Source of the DNA: Octopus bimaculoides | Lineage: Eukaryota | Assembly (NCBI RefSeq): GCF_001194135.2 | Contig: NC_068989.1 | Coordinates: forward strand, 17,137,280 to 17,201,279 | Reading direction: 5' to 3' | DNA length: 64,000 nucleotides | Shown here: positions 13,180 through 26,672 of the stretch, one piece after another | Numbering within the stretch: the first letter of the stretch is position 1 | Layout: every line of letters starts with the position of its first letter | Made by a program: the position numbers and the translations under genes | Notes under the pieces: generated by a model | Seen by the model: the letters and a program-made list of their open reading frames with translations, nothing else | Databases searched by the model: none | Told to the model about the DNA's origin: nothing

Positions 13180-13563
13180 GTGGAGGCGCAATGGCCCAGT
13201 GGTTAGGGCAGCGGACTCGCGGTCATAGGATCGCGGTTTCGATTCCCAGACCGGGCATTGTGAGTGTTTATTGAGCGAAAACACCTAAAGCTCTACGAGG
13301 TTCTGGCAGGGGATGGTGGCGAACCCTGCTGTACTCTTTCACCACAACTTTCTCTCAAATTTTACTTCCTGTTTCTGTTGTGCCTGTAATTCAAAGGGTC
13401 AGCCTTGTCACACTGTGTCACGCTGAATATCCCCGAGAACTACGTTAAGGGTACACGTGTCTGTGGAGTGCTCCGCCACTTGCATGTTAATTTCACGAGC
13501 AGGCTGTTCGGTTGATCGGATCAACTGGAACCCTCGACGTCGTAAGCGACGGAGTGCCAACAA
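13180..13563 (+). mobile_element. tRNA-headed SINE group S3 (long form)
   Basis: A box tggcccagtgg, B box ggtttcgattcc. Near-identical reverse copy at 55738-56118. Confidence 0.85.
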
Positions 13564-13869
13564 CATGTATGTATGTATGTGTGTGTGTGTGTGTGTGTGT
13601 GTTTGTGTGTGTGTGAGTGTGTGTGTGTGTGTGTATGTTTTTATTTTTGACCCCTACCACTGTTTAATAAGATAGACACCGACAGCATAAGGACCAAGTT
13701 TTAAAAAAGTACTAGGATCTATTTGTTCAATAGATTGAAACAAATAAACGATAAAGGATATCCGCTAAGAATCGAGTATCGAAGTGTATCTAGGCACAGT
13801 AGACTAAACATAATGATCTGAGATAGAGCGAAGAAAATATGTACAATAGTAAATTGTCGTTACCCACAT

Positions 13870-14136
13870 GTTACTATTAAAGGTCAAAGAAAAAGAAAAG
13901 AATATTGCTGAACGAATGAGAAATCTGCAAATAAGTAAATATTGTAACTTCAGATATATATAAGTGGCTACTGGTGTACTTGAGTATGTAACTAATCCAG
14001 CACCAATGATAAAAGACATTTTCACATTCACCGTTGAGTAGGAAATTACGAACGATTAATGGAACTGTAAAAATTTGCAAATTATTACAAGAATTTAGGT
14101 TGTGACATATACATAAACACATATAGACATAAAAAC

Positions 14137-14140
<4 letters not shown>
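13870..14140 (+). mobile_element. RLE-type LINE remnant (family D, degenerate)
   Basis: LKVKEKEKNIAERMRNLQI...INGTVKICKLLQEF, similar to the 17020-17345 copy. Confidence 0.5.
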
Positions 14141-14211
<71 letters not shown>

Positions 14212-14706
14212 ACCTACCTAACTATGTCTCTCTGTCTTTCTTCCCCCCCTCTCTCTCTATATATAGATATAAACAGGTAAACACCCTCTATCGTCATGAA
14301 TGCCCATGGGATTGCGCCTAAGAAGTTCTCCGAGGCACAAGCCCGGGCAAGGTTGTTTAGGGGAGACCAACAGTCGCCCATTGCATACGAGCCTCCCCTA
14401 ACCACACTACCATAGAGTGTCATCGAGCAACTCCATTTCCTTTTCATAATTTCTGAATTAATGGAAGTTTAGTTCGTTCTATCCCACAGATTTCTGTTTA
14501 AAATGTCCGACCACCAGATCTCGAGGATGCAGCACAGACATTTGTTGACGAAGGTCTGCGGCTACGCTTTATGACTTTGGTGACCTCCAATATCATACGT
14601 TAATTCATGCATGCATACGTATATACATACATACGTACGTACGTACATAAATGCATACATACATATATTTCTGTATATATAAGTGTCTATAGATAAACAT
14701 ATACAC

Positions 14707-14782
<76 letters not shown>

Positions 14783-14810
14783 GTCTATCTATCTCTACAC
14801 ACACGCGCAT

Positions 14811-14859
<49 letters not shown>

Positions 14860-14972
14860 CATACACACATATATATANNNNNNNNNNTATACAATTAAAC
14901 CTTGGGAGAGGCATTATGCCGGTAATAAACACACGCACTGGTTCAGTCCTTTATTAATTTATATAGTTTTTT

Positions 14973-15013
14973 GTTAAATTATTTCATTGCATTCTTGCAA
15001 TCTCTTCAGTAAC
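14973..15013 (-). ncRNA. Hammerhead-like motif
   Basis: Minus strand GTTA-CTGAAGA-G-ATTGCA-agaa-TGCAAT-GAAA-TAATT-TAAC: canonical core, perfect 6-bp stem II, 4-bp stem I, very short stem III. Sits in a ~140-bp island between TA repeats. Confidence 0.4.
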
Positions 15014-15924
15014 TTGTCTCTCCACTTCCATTTATATATATATATATACACATACATACATATATATACACATATATATAAATATAAACATATATATGTA
15101 CACAAACAAACAAATTTATACATACACACATATACACATAGTTATATATATACATATACCTATAAGAACGTACACACACACACAAATATATACAATATAC
15201 ATATACATTTATATATATATTAACATGTATACATGTATGTGCTTGTGCGGAATTTGTGTATATTCGTCTGTTTATACATACATACATACATAAATAAATA
15301 TATACATACGTACATATATATATATGTGAATACATAGATTGATATTGATATATATACACACACACTACATTCATCTATGTATGTATGGGTGTATAATCAT
15401 ATGTAGGTATATATTTTTGTGTTTGTATGTATTGGTGTGCGCGTGTTGGCAGATACGCACGCCTATTGTTCTGACTATATTTCCAAGCAAGACACTGTTG
15501 TCACTTTCTTAGCAACTTATATTGATTTCTAGCATAGTTACAAGGCCATACATCGCAAGAGCATTCATATCCGATTACAATAACCTTTACTTGACTGTGC
15601 AATGGAAAAGTTTTAAAACATTAACTCTCTTTGTCTCTCTCTTTCTCTTGTACCCACGCACATATCTTTTATTTTTTATTTGTTACAGTTATTGGACTGC
15701 AGCCATGTTGGAGTACTGCCTTGAAGTGTTTAGTCGAACCAATCGATACCAGTACTTTTTTTTAAAAGACTGTACTTACTCTGTTGGTCTTTTTAAAAAA
15801 ATTGTTGCTAAACTGTTATGTTATGGAGACATAAACAAACCAACACCAGCTGTCAAGCGGTGGAAGGACAGACATAAAACAAAGGTGCACACAAATGCGT
15901 ATACACATATGAAAAATAAATACG

Positions 15925-16170
15925 CCCTTTTAAAGCCTAGCCAGGCTCATGGGTCGGGTTTCCCGATTTCAATGGCGTATGTGTTCCCCAGCTGGACGGG
16001 ACGCCAGTCCATCGCAACGTTACTCATTTTTGCCAGCTGAGTGAACTGGGACAACGTGAAATGAAGTGTTTTGCTCAAGAACACAACGCGTCGCCCGGTC
16101 CAGGAATCGAAACCACAATCTTACGATCATGGTGCTGACACCCTAACCACTAGGCCACGCGCCTCCACTA
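15925..16170 (-). mobile_element. tRNA-headed SINE with V-domain-like body
   Basis: Reverse-complement copy of 26673-26925. Confidence 0.8.
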
Positions 16171-16559
16171 TACACATATAGACACATACATATATATACA
16201 ATCGGCTTCTTCAGTTTTCATACACGAAATTCATTCACAAGGCTTGGTGATGTAGTAGAAGACACTTGGCCAAAGTATCACGAAGTGGGACTGAGCTTGA
16301 AATCATGTGGTTGTGCAGGCAATCTTTTTACCACACACACACAGAGATCCATGTCTGAGGCTATATGTTCTGATTTTATATTTCCAATTCTTCTCGAATG
16401 GAGAGAGAGCTTGGCCCTAATATGTATGTATACATGTATGTATATATGTATGTATTTATGCATGCATGCATGTATGTATGTATGTATGTATGTATGTATG
16501 TATGTATGTATGTATGTATGTCTCTACTATTTTTTAATTATTATAAATCTTCCACTAAG

Positions 16560-16850
16560 GAGGGAACCGGTTTCCATCAAAGATACAAGGCTCCATCTTT
16601 GGGATGTAGTTAACACAGATAAATTCACATTTGGAACTCGAGAAAAGTCTTGCATATTTTTACTGTTCCACTCACAGATTGTACCTGTAATGTACGAATT
16701 AGCCGACCGATTTCTCTTTCTGAAAATCCCAGTTTATCCAGATTTTTCTTTAGGCATTTAGTAACAAAACCTCGTCCTCCAATTGTTATTGGTATGAATA
16801 TGAATGGATATAGAAGCTGGAGGTTTCGAAGCAGTTGTCTATAGATATCC
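16560..16850 (-). mobile_element. RLE-type LINE 3' fragment (family D, second copy)
   Basis: QLLRNLQLLYPFIFIPITIGGRGFVTKCLKKNLDKLGFSE...SVSGTVKICKTFLEFQM*. Confidence 0.7.
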
Positions 16851-17019
16851 TCTTTTCCTTTGATTTTCAGAGAGATATTTATATCTGTAGAGCAAGTATG
16901 TATGTATGTATGTATGTATGTATGTATGTATGTATGTATGTATGTATGTGCAGATTTGTATGTTTTATGTATATATTCTCATGCATATAGTTACATATCT
17001 AGACATGCTCATATATATT

Positions 17020-17343
17020 TAAATGATAAATTTCTGGAAAGTTTTACAGATTTTTACAGTTCCAGTGATGGATTGGATCTGTAGTCTTCGAATGAACTTT
17101 CTCCTTTCTGGTTTTGAGAAGCCTAATTTCTCAAGATTGTTATTTGGGCAGTGTATTACATATCCCAGGGCCCCAATAATTACAGGTATAAACCTGAACT
17201 TGTAATCTGGATAGAGTAACTGCAGATTTCTCAATAGTTCAGCATAGGTGTTCTCTTTTTCCCTGATCTCCAGCTTTGTTAACATCTGCTCGTCAGTTAA
17301 TTTTCACAACTGTGTGAAGTTTCTCTTCTGTATCCCAAATCAT

Positions 17344-17345
<2 letters not shown>
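17020..17345 (-). mobile_element. RLE-type LINE 3' fragment (family D)
   Basis: KLEIREKENTYAELLRNLQLLYPDYKFRFIPVIIGALGY...SITGTVKICKTFQKF*. Confidence 0.75.
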
Positions 17346-17380
<35 letters not shown>

Positions 17381-18284
17381 CTATGCATGCAGTAATGAGC
17401 TGAGTAATCAATATCTTAACAATGATTTCTCTAAGCTACCAACAGTTTAACCACGTGTTCTGTATAAAAAAATAATCCAATACTGTCAATAGAATATCAG
17501 TTTAACACGAGCATCTGAAAAAATATAATATAGACATAGGAAAAACATTGGTATCAGTGAAAATTGATGATTGTCTGTGTCAGCGAAAACTAACCAATAT
17601 CGTTTTAGAAAAGAGTAAGGATTAATTGCCGCGAAAATAGCAAAATACAACGTTTCTTTTCCTATGAATATAAGGAAGCCAGGTAAAAAATGAAAGTTGG
17701 AGATCGATTTTGTGCAGAGAGGAATAGCCAAAGACGAGAAGCGATATGATTGGATTAGAAACCGAGGAGGCAATGAACAAAAGAGAAGTCACAAAAAGTT
17801 GCAAAGTTGAAGAATCCTTTCTACTGAGGCACAAAGGCTGGATTTTTGGCGAGGGGGACAGTCAATCACATCAATTCCTGTACTCAATTGATACTTAATT
17901 TATCGATTCCGAAAGGATGAAAGGCAAAGTCAACCTCGGCGGTATTAGATCTCAGAACGTAGCGGCAAATGAAATGCCGCTAAGCATCTCGCTTGGCGTG
18001 CTAACGGTTCTGCCAGCTCGCAAATTTGAAGAATAAAGGTATGTTTATAAATCACCAAACACACGGAAAGAGTTACATTTGAAAGGATGTGTTCGAGTAT
18101 GGTACGAACTATAAAGGGGTCAGGACGATGGATAATAGCTACAATACAACAAATACGTACATACTGAGCTATTAAGACAGTGCTTCATATTACCCCAGAG
18201 AGTCCACATAGGGTTTTTTTTGTGGTGGTGGTGGGGGCTATACGCAAGCAAAATAGTAAATTGGAGATCCACAGTAGTATTTTA

Positions 18285-18397
18285 AGGGTCCTACTCTTAG
18301 TCTTTTACTTGTTTCAGTTATTTGACTGCAGCCATGCTGGAACACTGCCTTTAGTCGAGCAAATCGACCCCAGGACTTACAGACAGACAGACAGACA

Positions 18398-18471
<74 letters not shown>

Positions 18472-18640
18472 TATACATATATATACGATGGGCTTCTTTC
18501 AGTTTCCGTCTACCAAATCCACTCACAAGGCTTTGGTCGGCCCAAGGCTATAGTAGAAGACACTTGCCCAAGGTGCCATGCAGAGGGACGGAACCCAGAA
18601 CCATGTGGTTGGGAAGTAAATTTCTCACCATACAGCCACA
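18285..18640 (-). mobile_element. CORE-type SINE (group S1)
   Basis: Reverse-complement copy with an internal (CA)n tract. Confidence 0.75.
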
Positions 18641-20150
18641 CCAATCATTACTCCGCTCGCAAGTATGTATGACTTGGTAGCATGTACTGTACTTTCGCTA
18701 ATTGTTTTATGCGTGTTTTCTAGTCTGCTAGCAATCATAGATACTTGCGAAGCTCTCTTACTCTTCATTTAGGGAGAGTCAAGAATTTGACAGCTGGAGA
18801 TGCAGGACTGCCCTGGCACTTGACAGGTGATTATACTCAGCCGAATGGTGTGCCTTGCTTTAGTTACACAAAGTTCGCATTAAACTTTCTTTTATTCAGT
18901 GTTGATAACATACATAAGCAGTGAACTACCAGTGTTGATTAACTCGTCCGCAGTGTACTATCATCCCAAAGTTGTAACATCGACTCTGTATTATATTTAC
19001 ATAACATTCAACAATTCACACTTCGCTTCATTTAACAATTTTGGGAAAAACCGATATACTAATTAAAACGAATATGTAATTAAACTAGTCGTTTGATCCC
19101 AGGTAAACTCTGATCGAGGCGTTGCTACTACAATAGTTTTTACTTATCTTAAAAACCCTTTTGACCCTCCAACTCACCTGAGAACGTTCTGGTTCTATGA
19201 TACCACCTTCTTGTTTCAAGTAATCTACATTTAAACTTCCACCAAACTTTCGTTTTAATGTATGTTCCATACACTAGTTTAATAATCCTTTGTACTATAG
19301 GCACAAGGCCTGACAATTAGGGGAAAGGGGTTAGTCGATTACATCGAACCTAGTCTTCAACCGGAACTTATCAACTCCAAAAGGATAAAAGGCAATGTCG
19401 ACCTCGGTAGAATTTGAACGCAGAACGTAGAGCCGGAAGAAATGCTGCGAAGTATTTTGTCCAGTGTACGCACGATTCTGTCAGCTCACCCACCTTACTC
19501 CAGCTTTATTCTGACAAAGTCAAATTCTTTTTTTTTTTTTTAAATTTCAAAGTTAATTAAAACAAAGGCTGTATATTTTTTAAAAATGCAAGAGGTAACG
19601 AAAGAGTGATGAAAGAAAACAAAAAAAACTATAGTCTTCTACAGAAACGATCACGTGTATGTTTTCTTGGTCTGTAATGTTTGAGATATGATACAAAAAT
19701 ATGAGGTGCATAGTACTGAGTTTAGGGCGATAATATCGCAATGTGTTTTCAGAACAACAATATTATGCTTAGAGTGGAAATAGAAATGTGTTTAGAGCGA
19801 TACTGTGATATCTACGAAAGTACTCACCTTGTTTGTTTTGCTGGCAAGCACTTACACTGATATGAAGTAAACACTGCTACTGCCTAGCAGCTGACATCCG
19901 TTGCTTTCTCCATCGTCTCCATTCAACCAGACAAAAGGTGTTGCCACGGACGCCCGGGTAACTATATAACTAAAGCGGTGTCGATACGATACCTGTTCTT
20001 ACTTGTATTTTTGGCTTCTTGTAATATATGTATATGACGTACGTACGTTTGTATGTGTGTATGTATGTATGTATGTATGTATGTATGTATGTATGTATGT
20101 ATGTATGTATGTATAATTGAACACACATCCATGTATGTTTATGTGTGTGT

Positions 20151-20227
<77 letters not shown>

Positions 20228-20511
20228 GCTGCGTGGCCAAGTGGTCAGAGTATTGCACTCAGGATAGCGAGGTCGTAGTTCGATTTCCGAACCAGGCTGT
20301 GCGTTGTGTTCTGCAGCAAAACATTTCATTTCACGTCGCTTCGACATCTGACGTGTGGCACACCACCCACCTGTGCAGGCAATGTTGATTTGATGGAGTG
20401 AATGTGCTGTGCTAATGAACAGCTCAATCATTAGATCATTATAAACAAATCGTCTGTGCAGAAAGTTGTGAAGGCCTTAACTATCGTGTACGACAGGATA
20501 GTCCACTTTAG

Positions 20512-20539
<28 letters not shown>

Positions 20540-20554
<15 letters not shown>

Positions 20555-20775
20555 CTTTACTACCCACAAGGGGCTACACACAGAGGGGACAAACAAGGAC
20601 AGACAAACGGATTAAGTCGATTATACCGACCCCAGTGCGTAACTGGTACTTATTTAATCGACCCCGAAAGGATGAAAGGCAGAGTCGACCTCAGCGGAAT
20701 TTGAAATCAGAACGTAGCGGTAGACGAAATACCGCTAAGCATTTCGCCCGGCGTGCTAACGTTTCTGCCAGCTCG

Positions 20776-20776
<1 letters not shown>
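20540..20776 (-). mobile_element. SINE group S2, long-tail variant
   Basis: Well-preserved copy with tail ...agccccttgtgggtagtaaagaaata; an isolated tail also occurs near 47775-47815. Confidence 0.8.
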
Positions 20777-20855
<79 letters not shown>

Positions 20856-21343
20856 GTGTGTGAAGTGGTTAAGATGTTGCATTTATGATTATAAGTTTGT
20901 CGTTATGATTCCTGGGATTGGCAATGCGTTCTGTCCTTGAGCAAAACACTTCCTATCACGTTGCTCCAATCCACTCAGATGACGAAAATGTCTAAACCTG
21001 GGGCAGACCGGAATCCCGTCCAGGGTAAGGAGGAATATATATATAGACACTACAGAATCCGGGAAAGCAACCTTATGAGCTAACGGCTAGGGAAGGATCC
21101 CTCGTCGTTTTCGCTGGTATGTCTTTAATTAAATAGACAACAAAGGAGGAACGAAACCCACGAGTTTCCCATTGTTATTACAGCCATTTTCTTCTCCTAT
21201 ATAACCTAAACTCCGGTTTACCAACCGAACCACCTGCTAGCGCACAACCTTACTAAAAGACTGTACCTACCCAGCTAATAGCCAGGAGCGACTCTGGTTT
21301 TAATTATCCCTTAGAGGTATTAAACCCCTCTAACTGATACCTA

Positions 21344-21380
<37 letters not shown>

Positions 21381-22516
21381 AGTAAAAATAAATACAAAAA
21401 AGGTGGGTTTTTTGTATGATTGTGTATAGAGGAATATATTATTTTGTTTAAAAGAGTTCCAACACTGTCTGTTTTTTATGTTTTATTTATATTCCTGCAG
21501 AACCAATGTGGGGTATAGAATATGGAATATACAATATATAATATAATATACAATATATAATATAAAATAAAATAAAATGGATGGCACCATGAAAGAAAGT
21601 ATTGAATGTAGATGAAATATNNNNNNNNNNNNNNNNNNNNNNNNNNNNNNNNNNNNNNNNNNNNNNNNNNNNNNNNNNNNNNNNNNNNNNNNNNNNNNNN
21701 NNNNNNNNNNNNNNNNNNNNNNNNNNNNNNNNNNNNNNNNNNNNNNNNNNNNNNNNNNNNNNNNNNNNNNNNNNNNNNNNNNNNNNNNNNNNNNNNNNNN
21801 NNNNNNNNNNNNNNNNNNNNNNNNNNNNNNNNNNNNNNNNNNNNNNNNNNNNNNNNNNNNNNNNNNNNNNNNNNNNNNNNNNNNNNNNNNNNNNNNNNNN
21901 NNNNNNNNNNNNNNNNNNNNNNNNNNNNNNNNNNNNNNNNNNNNNNNNNNNNNNNNNNNNNNNNNNNNNNNNNNNNNNNNNNNNNNNNNNNNNNNNNNNN
22001 NNNNNNNNNNNNNNNNNNNNNNNNNNNNNNNNNNNNNNNNNNNNNNNNNNNNNNNNNNNNNNNNNNNNNNNNNNNNNNNNNNNNNNNNNNNNNNNNNNNN
22101 NNNNNNNNNNNNNNNNNNNNNNNNNNNNNNNNNNNNNNNNNNNNNNNNNNNNNNNNNNNNNNNNNNNNNNNNNNNNNNNNNNNNNNNNNNNNNNNNNNNN
22201 NNNNNNNNNNNNNNNNNNNNNNNNNNNNNNNNNNNNNNNNNNNNNNNNNNNNNNNNNNNNNNNNNNNNNNNNNNNNNNNNNNNNNNNNNNNNNNNNNNNN
22301 NNNNNNNNNNNNNNAAATCGACCCCGGGACTTATTCTTTGTAAGCCTAGTACTTATTCTATCGGTCTCTTTTTGCCGAACCGCTAAGTGACGGGGACATA
22401 AACACACCAGCATCGGTTGTCAAGCAATGCTCATTATTATACTCATTATTATGATTGACCGTTGACTGAACACTATTCAATTTTTTTTCTCCGTGTTTTT
22501 CTCCTTGTCTCCGTAT

Positions 22517-22553
22517 TCTTTCTGTTGAAGAGCGTAGCTCGAAACGTCAAAGA
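22517..22553 (+). ncRNA. Hammerhead-like motif (core variant) in a Penelope-type short repeat
   Basis: TCTTT-CTGTTGA-A-GAGC-gta-GCTC-GAAA-CGTC-AAAGA: 5-bp stem I, stem II, palindromic ACGT stem III and GUC triplet. Core position 6 is U instead of A. Confidence 0.55.
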
Positions 22554-23202
22554 CTTTCCGTATTCCCGAGCGTCATACTAATATATACTTTTGTTATTTA
22601 CACCACCTGTCCTCGTCTGTTGTTATTTTTTGTATAATCTCCCATATATATATATATACATATATACGACGGGCTTCTTTCAGTCCCCGTCTACCAAATC
22701 CTCTCACAAGGCTTTGGTCGGCCCGTGGCTAAAGTAGAAGACACTTGCCTAAGGTGCCATGCAGTGGGACTGAACCCGGAACCATGTGGCTGGTAAGCAA
22801 GCTACTTACCACACACCCACTCCTGCGCACACACACATATGTAAAAGTATGTATATGTGTGTGTATTCATATTTATAACTTAACCTTATGTACTTTCTAA
22901 AATCTCTGATGGAGCCTAGAGAAACACCCAAGTATCTCAATTTCATCTACTAATTACTTCAGTCCACTGGAGGGATAAAGGTAGAATGAGGTATTTTTGC
23001 CTCTTGGCTGAAACAGCTGTAAGATATTATCCCAATTTCTATTGCTATGTTATATTTTAATAATTACTGATATTTTATATTTTATATATTATATATGTAA
23101 AGCATAATATGTCATACATATTGACATAATATAATGTCAATAATTTGATGAATACCACCTATTGATCCCATCCATTTTTTATTGCTCTCTCTCTCTCCCC
23201 CC

Positions 23203-23233
<31 letters not shown>

Positions 23234-23347
23234 NNNNNNNNNNNNNNNNNNNNNNNNNNNNNNNNNNNNNNNNNNNNNNNNNNNNNNNNNNNNNNNNNNN
23301 NNNNNNNNNNNNNNNNNNNNNNNNNNNNNNNNNNNNNNNNNNNNNNN

Positions 23348-23387
<40 letters not shown>

Positions 23388-24847
23388 GGGAGAGAGAAAA
23401 CAATCAACCTTCCAACGGCGTTTGAATTATCAGAAATGGAGTAGAGCGTCTGATTAAATGTCTCGAAGTAGTGTCTTCTCTACATTGATCAAATTAGTTT
23501 TGCAATGTTATTGTATTAGTGGCTAGGATATCAGGATGCAAAATCGGTTGTTCGTGCCTTATTACTCTTATTTCCAAGCGGACATATTTCAGTGCAGAGA
23601 AATATTTGTTCGTTAGCCACGGCTACTGGCTTCAAAGCCCTTTGATTGTATAAATGCTTACAGAGGGCCTTGACGATGCAAGTTCTATGCTGCTACTTTA
23701 ATGGTTTTTGTACCTAAACGTTCCGTGTCTCTATTCCCGGCAACTTTGAACTGTACGTGGAGATAAAAGAACCGCACCAGTAGTAGCCATTAATAATGAA
23801 GTTCCCTAAAACTTTCAATCTCCTGCACTCTCATTCTTCAATGAGCAGTAATATGGCTTCCTTAGAATAAGATCCACTTGACATTTACTCTCCTATGTCA
23901 CTCACCGGTGGACTCTCGCTTTAGAGAAGTATGAAAAAAAACAAAAAACTTGGAGGGATACATGGGTGGGTAGATAGATAGACAAACAGATACCTTGGTA
24001 GATAGCTTGAAATATATATATATATNNNNNNNNNNNNNNNNNNNNNNNNNNNNNNNNNNNNNNNNNNNNNNNNNNNNNNNNNNNNNNNNNNNNNNNNNNN
24101 NNNNNNNNNNNNNNNNNNNNNNNNNNNNNNNNNNNNNNNNNNNNNNNNNNNNNNNNNNNNNNNNNNNNNNNNNNNNNNNNNNNNNNNNNNNNNNNNNNNN
24201 NNNNNNNNNNNNNNNNNNNNNNNNNNNNNNNNNNNNNNNNNNNNNNNNNNNNNNNNNNNNNNNNNNNNNNNNNNNNNNNNNNNNNNNNNNNNNNNNNNNN
24301 NNNNNNNNNNNNNNNNNNNNNNNNNNNNNNNNNNNNNNNNNNNNNNNNNNNNNNNNNNNNNNNNNNNNNNNNNNNNNNNNNNNNNNNNNNNNNNNNNNNN
24401 NNNNNNNNNNNNNNNNNNNNNNNNNNNNNNNNNNNNNNNNNNNNNNNNNNNNNNNNNNNNNNNNNNNNNNNNNNNNNNNNNNNNNNNNNNNNNNNNNNNN
24501 NNNNNNNNNNNNNNNNNNNNNNNNNNNNNNNNNNNNNNNNNNNNNNNNNNNNNNNNNNNNNNNNNNNNNNNNNNNNNNNNNNNNNNNNNNNNNNNNNNNN
24601 NNNNNNNNNNNNNNNNNNNNNNNNNNNNNNNNNNNNNNNNNNNNNNNNNNNNNNNNNNNNNNNNNNNNNNNNNNNNNNNNNNNNNNNNNNNNNNNNNNNN
24701 NNNNNNNNNNNNNNNNNNNNNNNNNNNNNNNNNNNNNNNNNNNNNNNNNNNNNNNNNNNNNNNNNNNNNNNNNNNNNNNNNNNNNNNNNNNNNNNNNNNN
24801 NNNNNNNNNNNNNNNNNNNNNNNNNNNNNNNNNNNNNNNNNNNNNNN

Positions 24848-24888
<41 letters not shown>

Positions 24889-26672
24889 TAGAGAGAGAGA
24901 GAGAAAGAGACAGTAGGAAGGAGGGAAAGAAATAGCAAGAGAGACAGTGGGAGGGAGAGGTAGCAAGAGTTAGAAATGCGGGTTCCCAAAAGTGGAACAT
25001 GTAGTTTTGAGGATTGGTACAGAGTTATCGATTAAGAAAATAATGATTATAATAAATCAATGGAAATAGCCGAAGTGTATTTGTATTCAATATTTGGTGA
25101 AAGGGAAAATAAATATTTAAATAAGCACGTATATGGAATGAAAGTCGGGTGAAGTATGGGTATGTATGTATGTATGTATGTATGTATGTATGTATGTATG
25201 TATGTACGCATGTACGCATGACTGTATGTACGTATGTAGGAGGTTTAGTTTGGAGGGATATGAACTTATGAAACAACGTCTGCGAATTTGAAGATGTTCG
25301 TATTCGTTAAAAACAGATATTATAGAGAACTGAGTAAAGTGGTAACAGAATATTTTTCTAAGTTTCAAAAGGAATTAACTAGTGATAAAAATGATAAAAG
25401 TAGAGTATTCGAAGCAGAAAGATTTACTTAAAAATACTCTTACAAAAATTTGTATGATAACAAGTATTAAATAGCTTTTGATTTTTAGTCAACTGTACAA
25501 TGTACATGTTTACAATANNNNNNNNNNNNNNNNNNNNNNNNNNNNNNNNNNNNNNNNNNNNNNNNNNNNNNNNNNNNNNNNNNNNNNNNNNNNNNNNNNN
25601 NNNNNNNNNNNNNNNNNNNNNNNNNNNNNNNNNNNNNNNNNNNNNNNNNNNNNNNNNNNNNNNNNNNNNNNNNNNNNNNNNNNNNNNNNNNNNNNNNNNN
25701 NNNNNNNNNNNNNNNNNNNNNNNNNNNNNNNNNNNNNNNNNNNNNNNNNNNNNNNNNNNNNNNNNNNNNNNNNNNNNNNNNNNNNNNNNNNNNNNNNNNN
25801 NNNNNNNNNNNNNNNNNNNNNNNNNNNNNNNNNNNNNNNNNNNNNNNNNNNNNNNNNNNNNNNNNNNNNNNNNNNNNNNNNNNNNNNNNNNNNNNNNNNN
25901 NNNNNNNNNNNNNNNNNNNNNNNNNNNNNNNNNNNNNNNNNNNNNNNNNNNNNATATACGGCGGGCTTCTTTCAGTTTCTGTCTACCAAATCCACTCACA
26001 AGGTTTTGGTGGGCCCGAGGCTATAGTAGAGGACACTTGCCCAAGATGCCACGCAGTGGGACTGAACCCGGAACCATGTGGTTGGTAAACGAGCTACTTA
26101 CCACACAGCCACTCGTGCAGCTTTCTTCAAAAATAACTCTGAACAATAATGTGGTGGAATTACTGTATCTAACTACTAGAGATCACAATAAGAAAAGCTA
26201 CTTTTCATCATTTAATAAAGACGGGAAGCAGTGCCCATAATCTTTACAAAGCCCCTTATATTGGGGGAGTAAAGAAGGTGTCCTCAAGCCGGGAGATTTG
26301 GCCCGAATACTTTAAACGTTGTTGAAGCCGCAAGGTGACCTTTAGCGGTAATAGATGGTGATGACAAAATCGGTTAAGCGATTAATGCTACTATCCAAGA
26401 AGACCACGACGTCTTCCAGCTCCAAACGCAAGACTCCATCCCGTCTGATGGTCTAATGATCCCGCTAATCCACAGTGCGAGAATGGTGCTTTACCAACTT
26501 CGGAAAGATGCAAGAGAAGGTTGACTTCGGAGGAATTTGACCATAGAAAGCAAAAAGGAATTTTGCCATTGACTCTAACAAGACTGTCAATCCATTGCCT
26601 ACTTTGACTGCTTTCTTAAACACTTATTTTAAAAATCATGTAAGTTATATTGAAATACGTATGTGTACAGAT

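Noticed and set aside
13180-13250. tRNA gene
   Set aside because: The A/B boxes belong to SINE heads; no complete cloverleaf, and the sequence continues into the SINE body.
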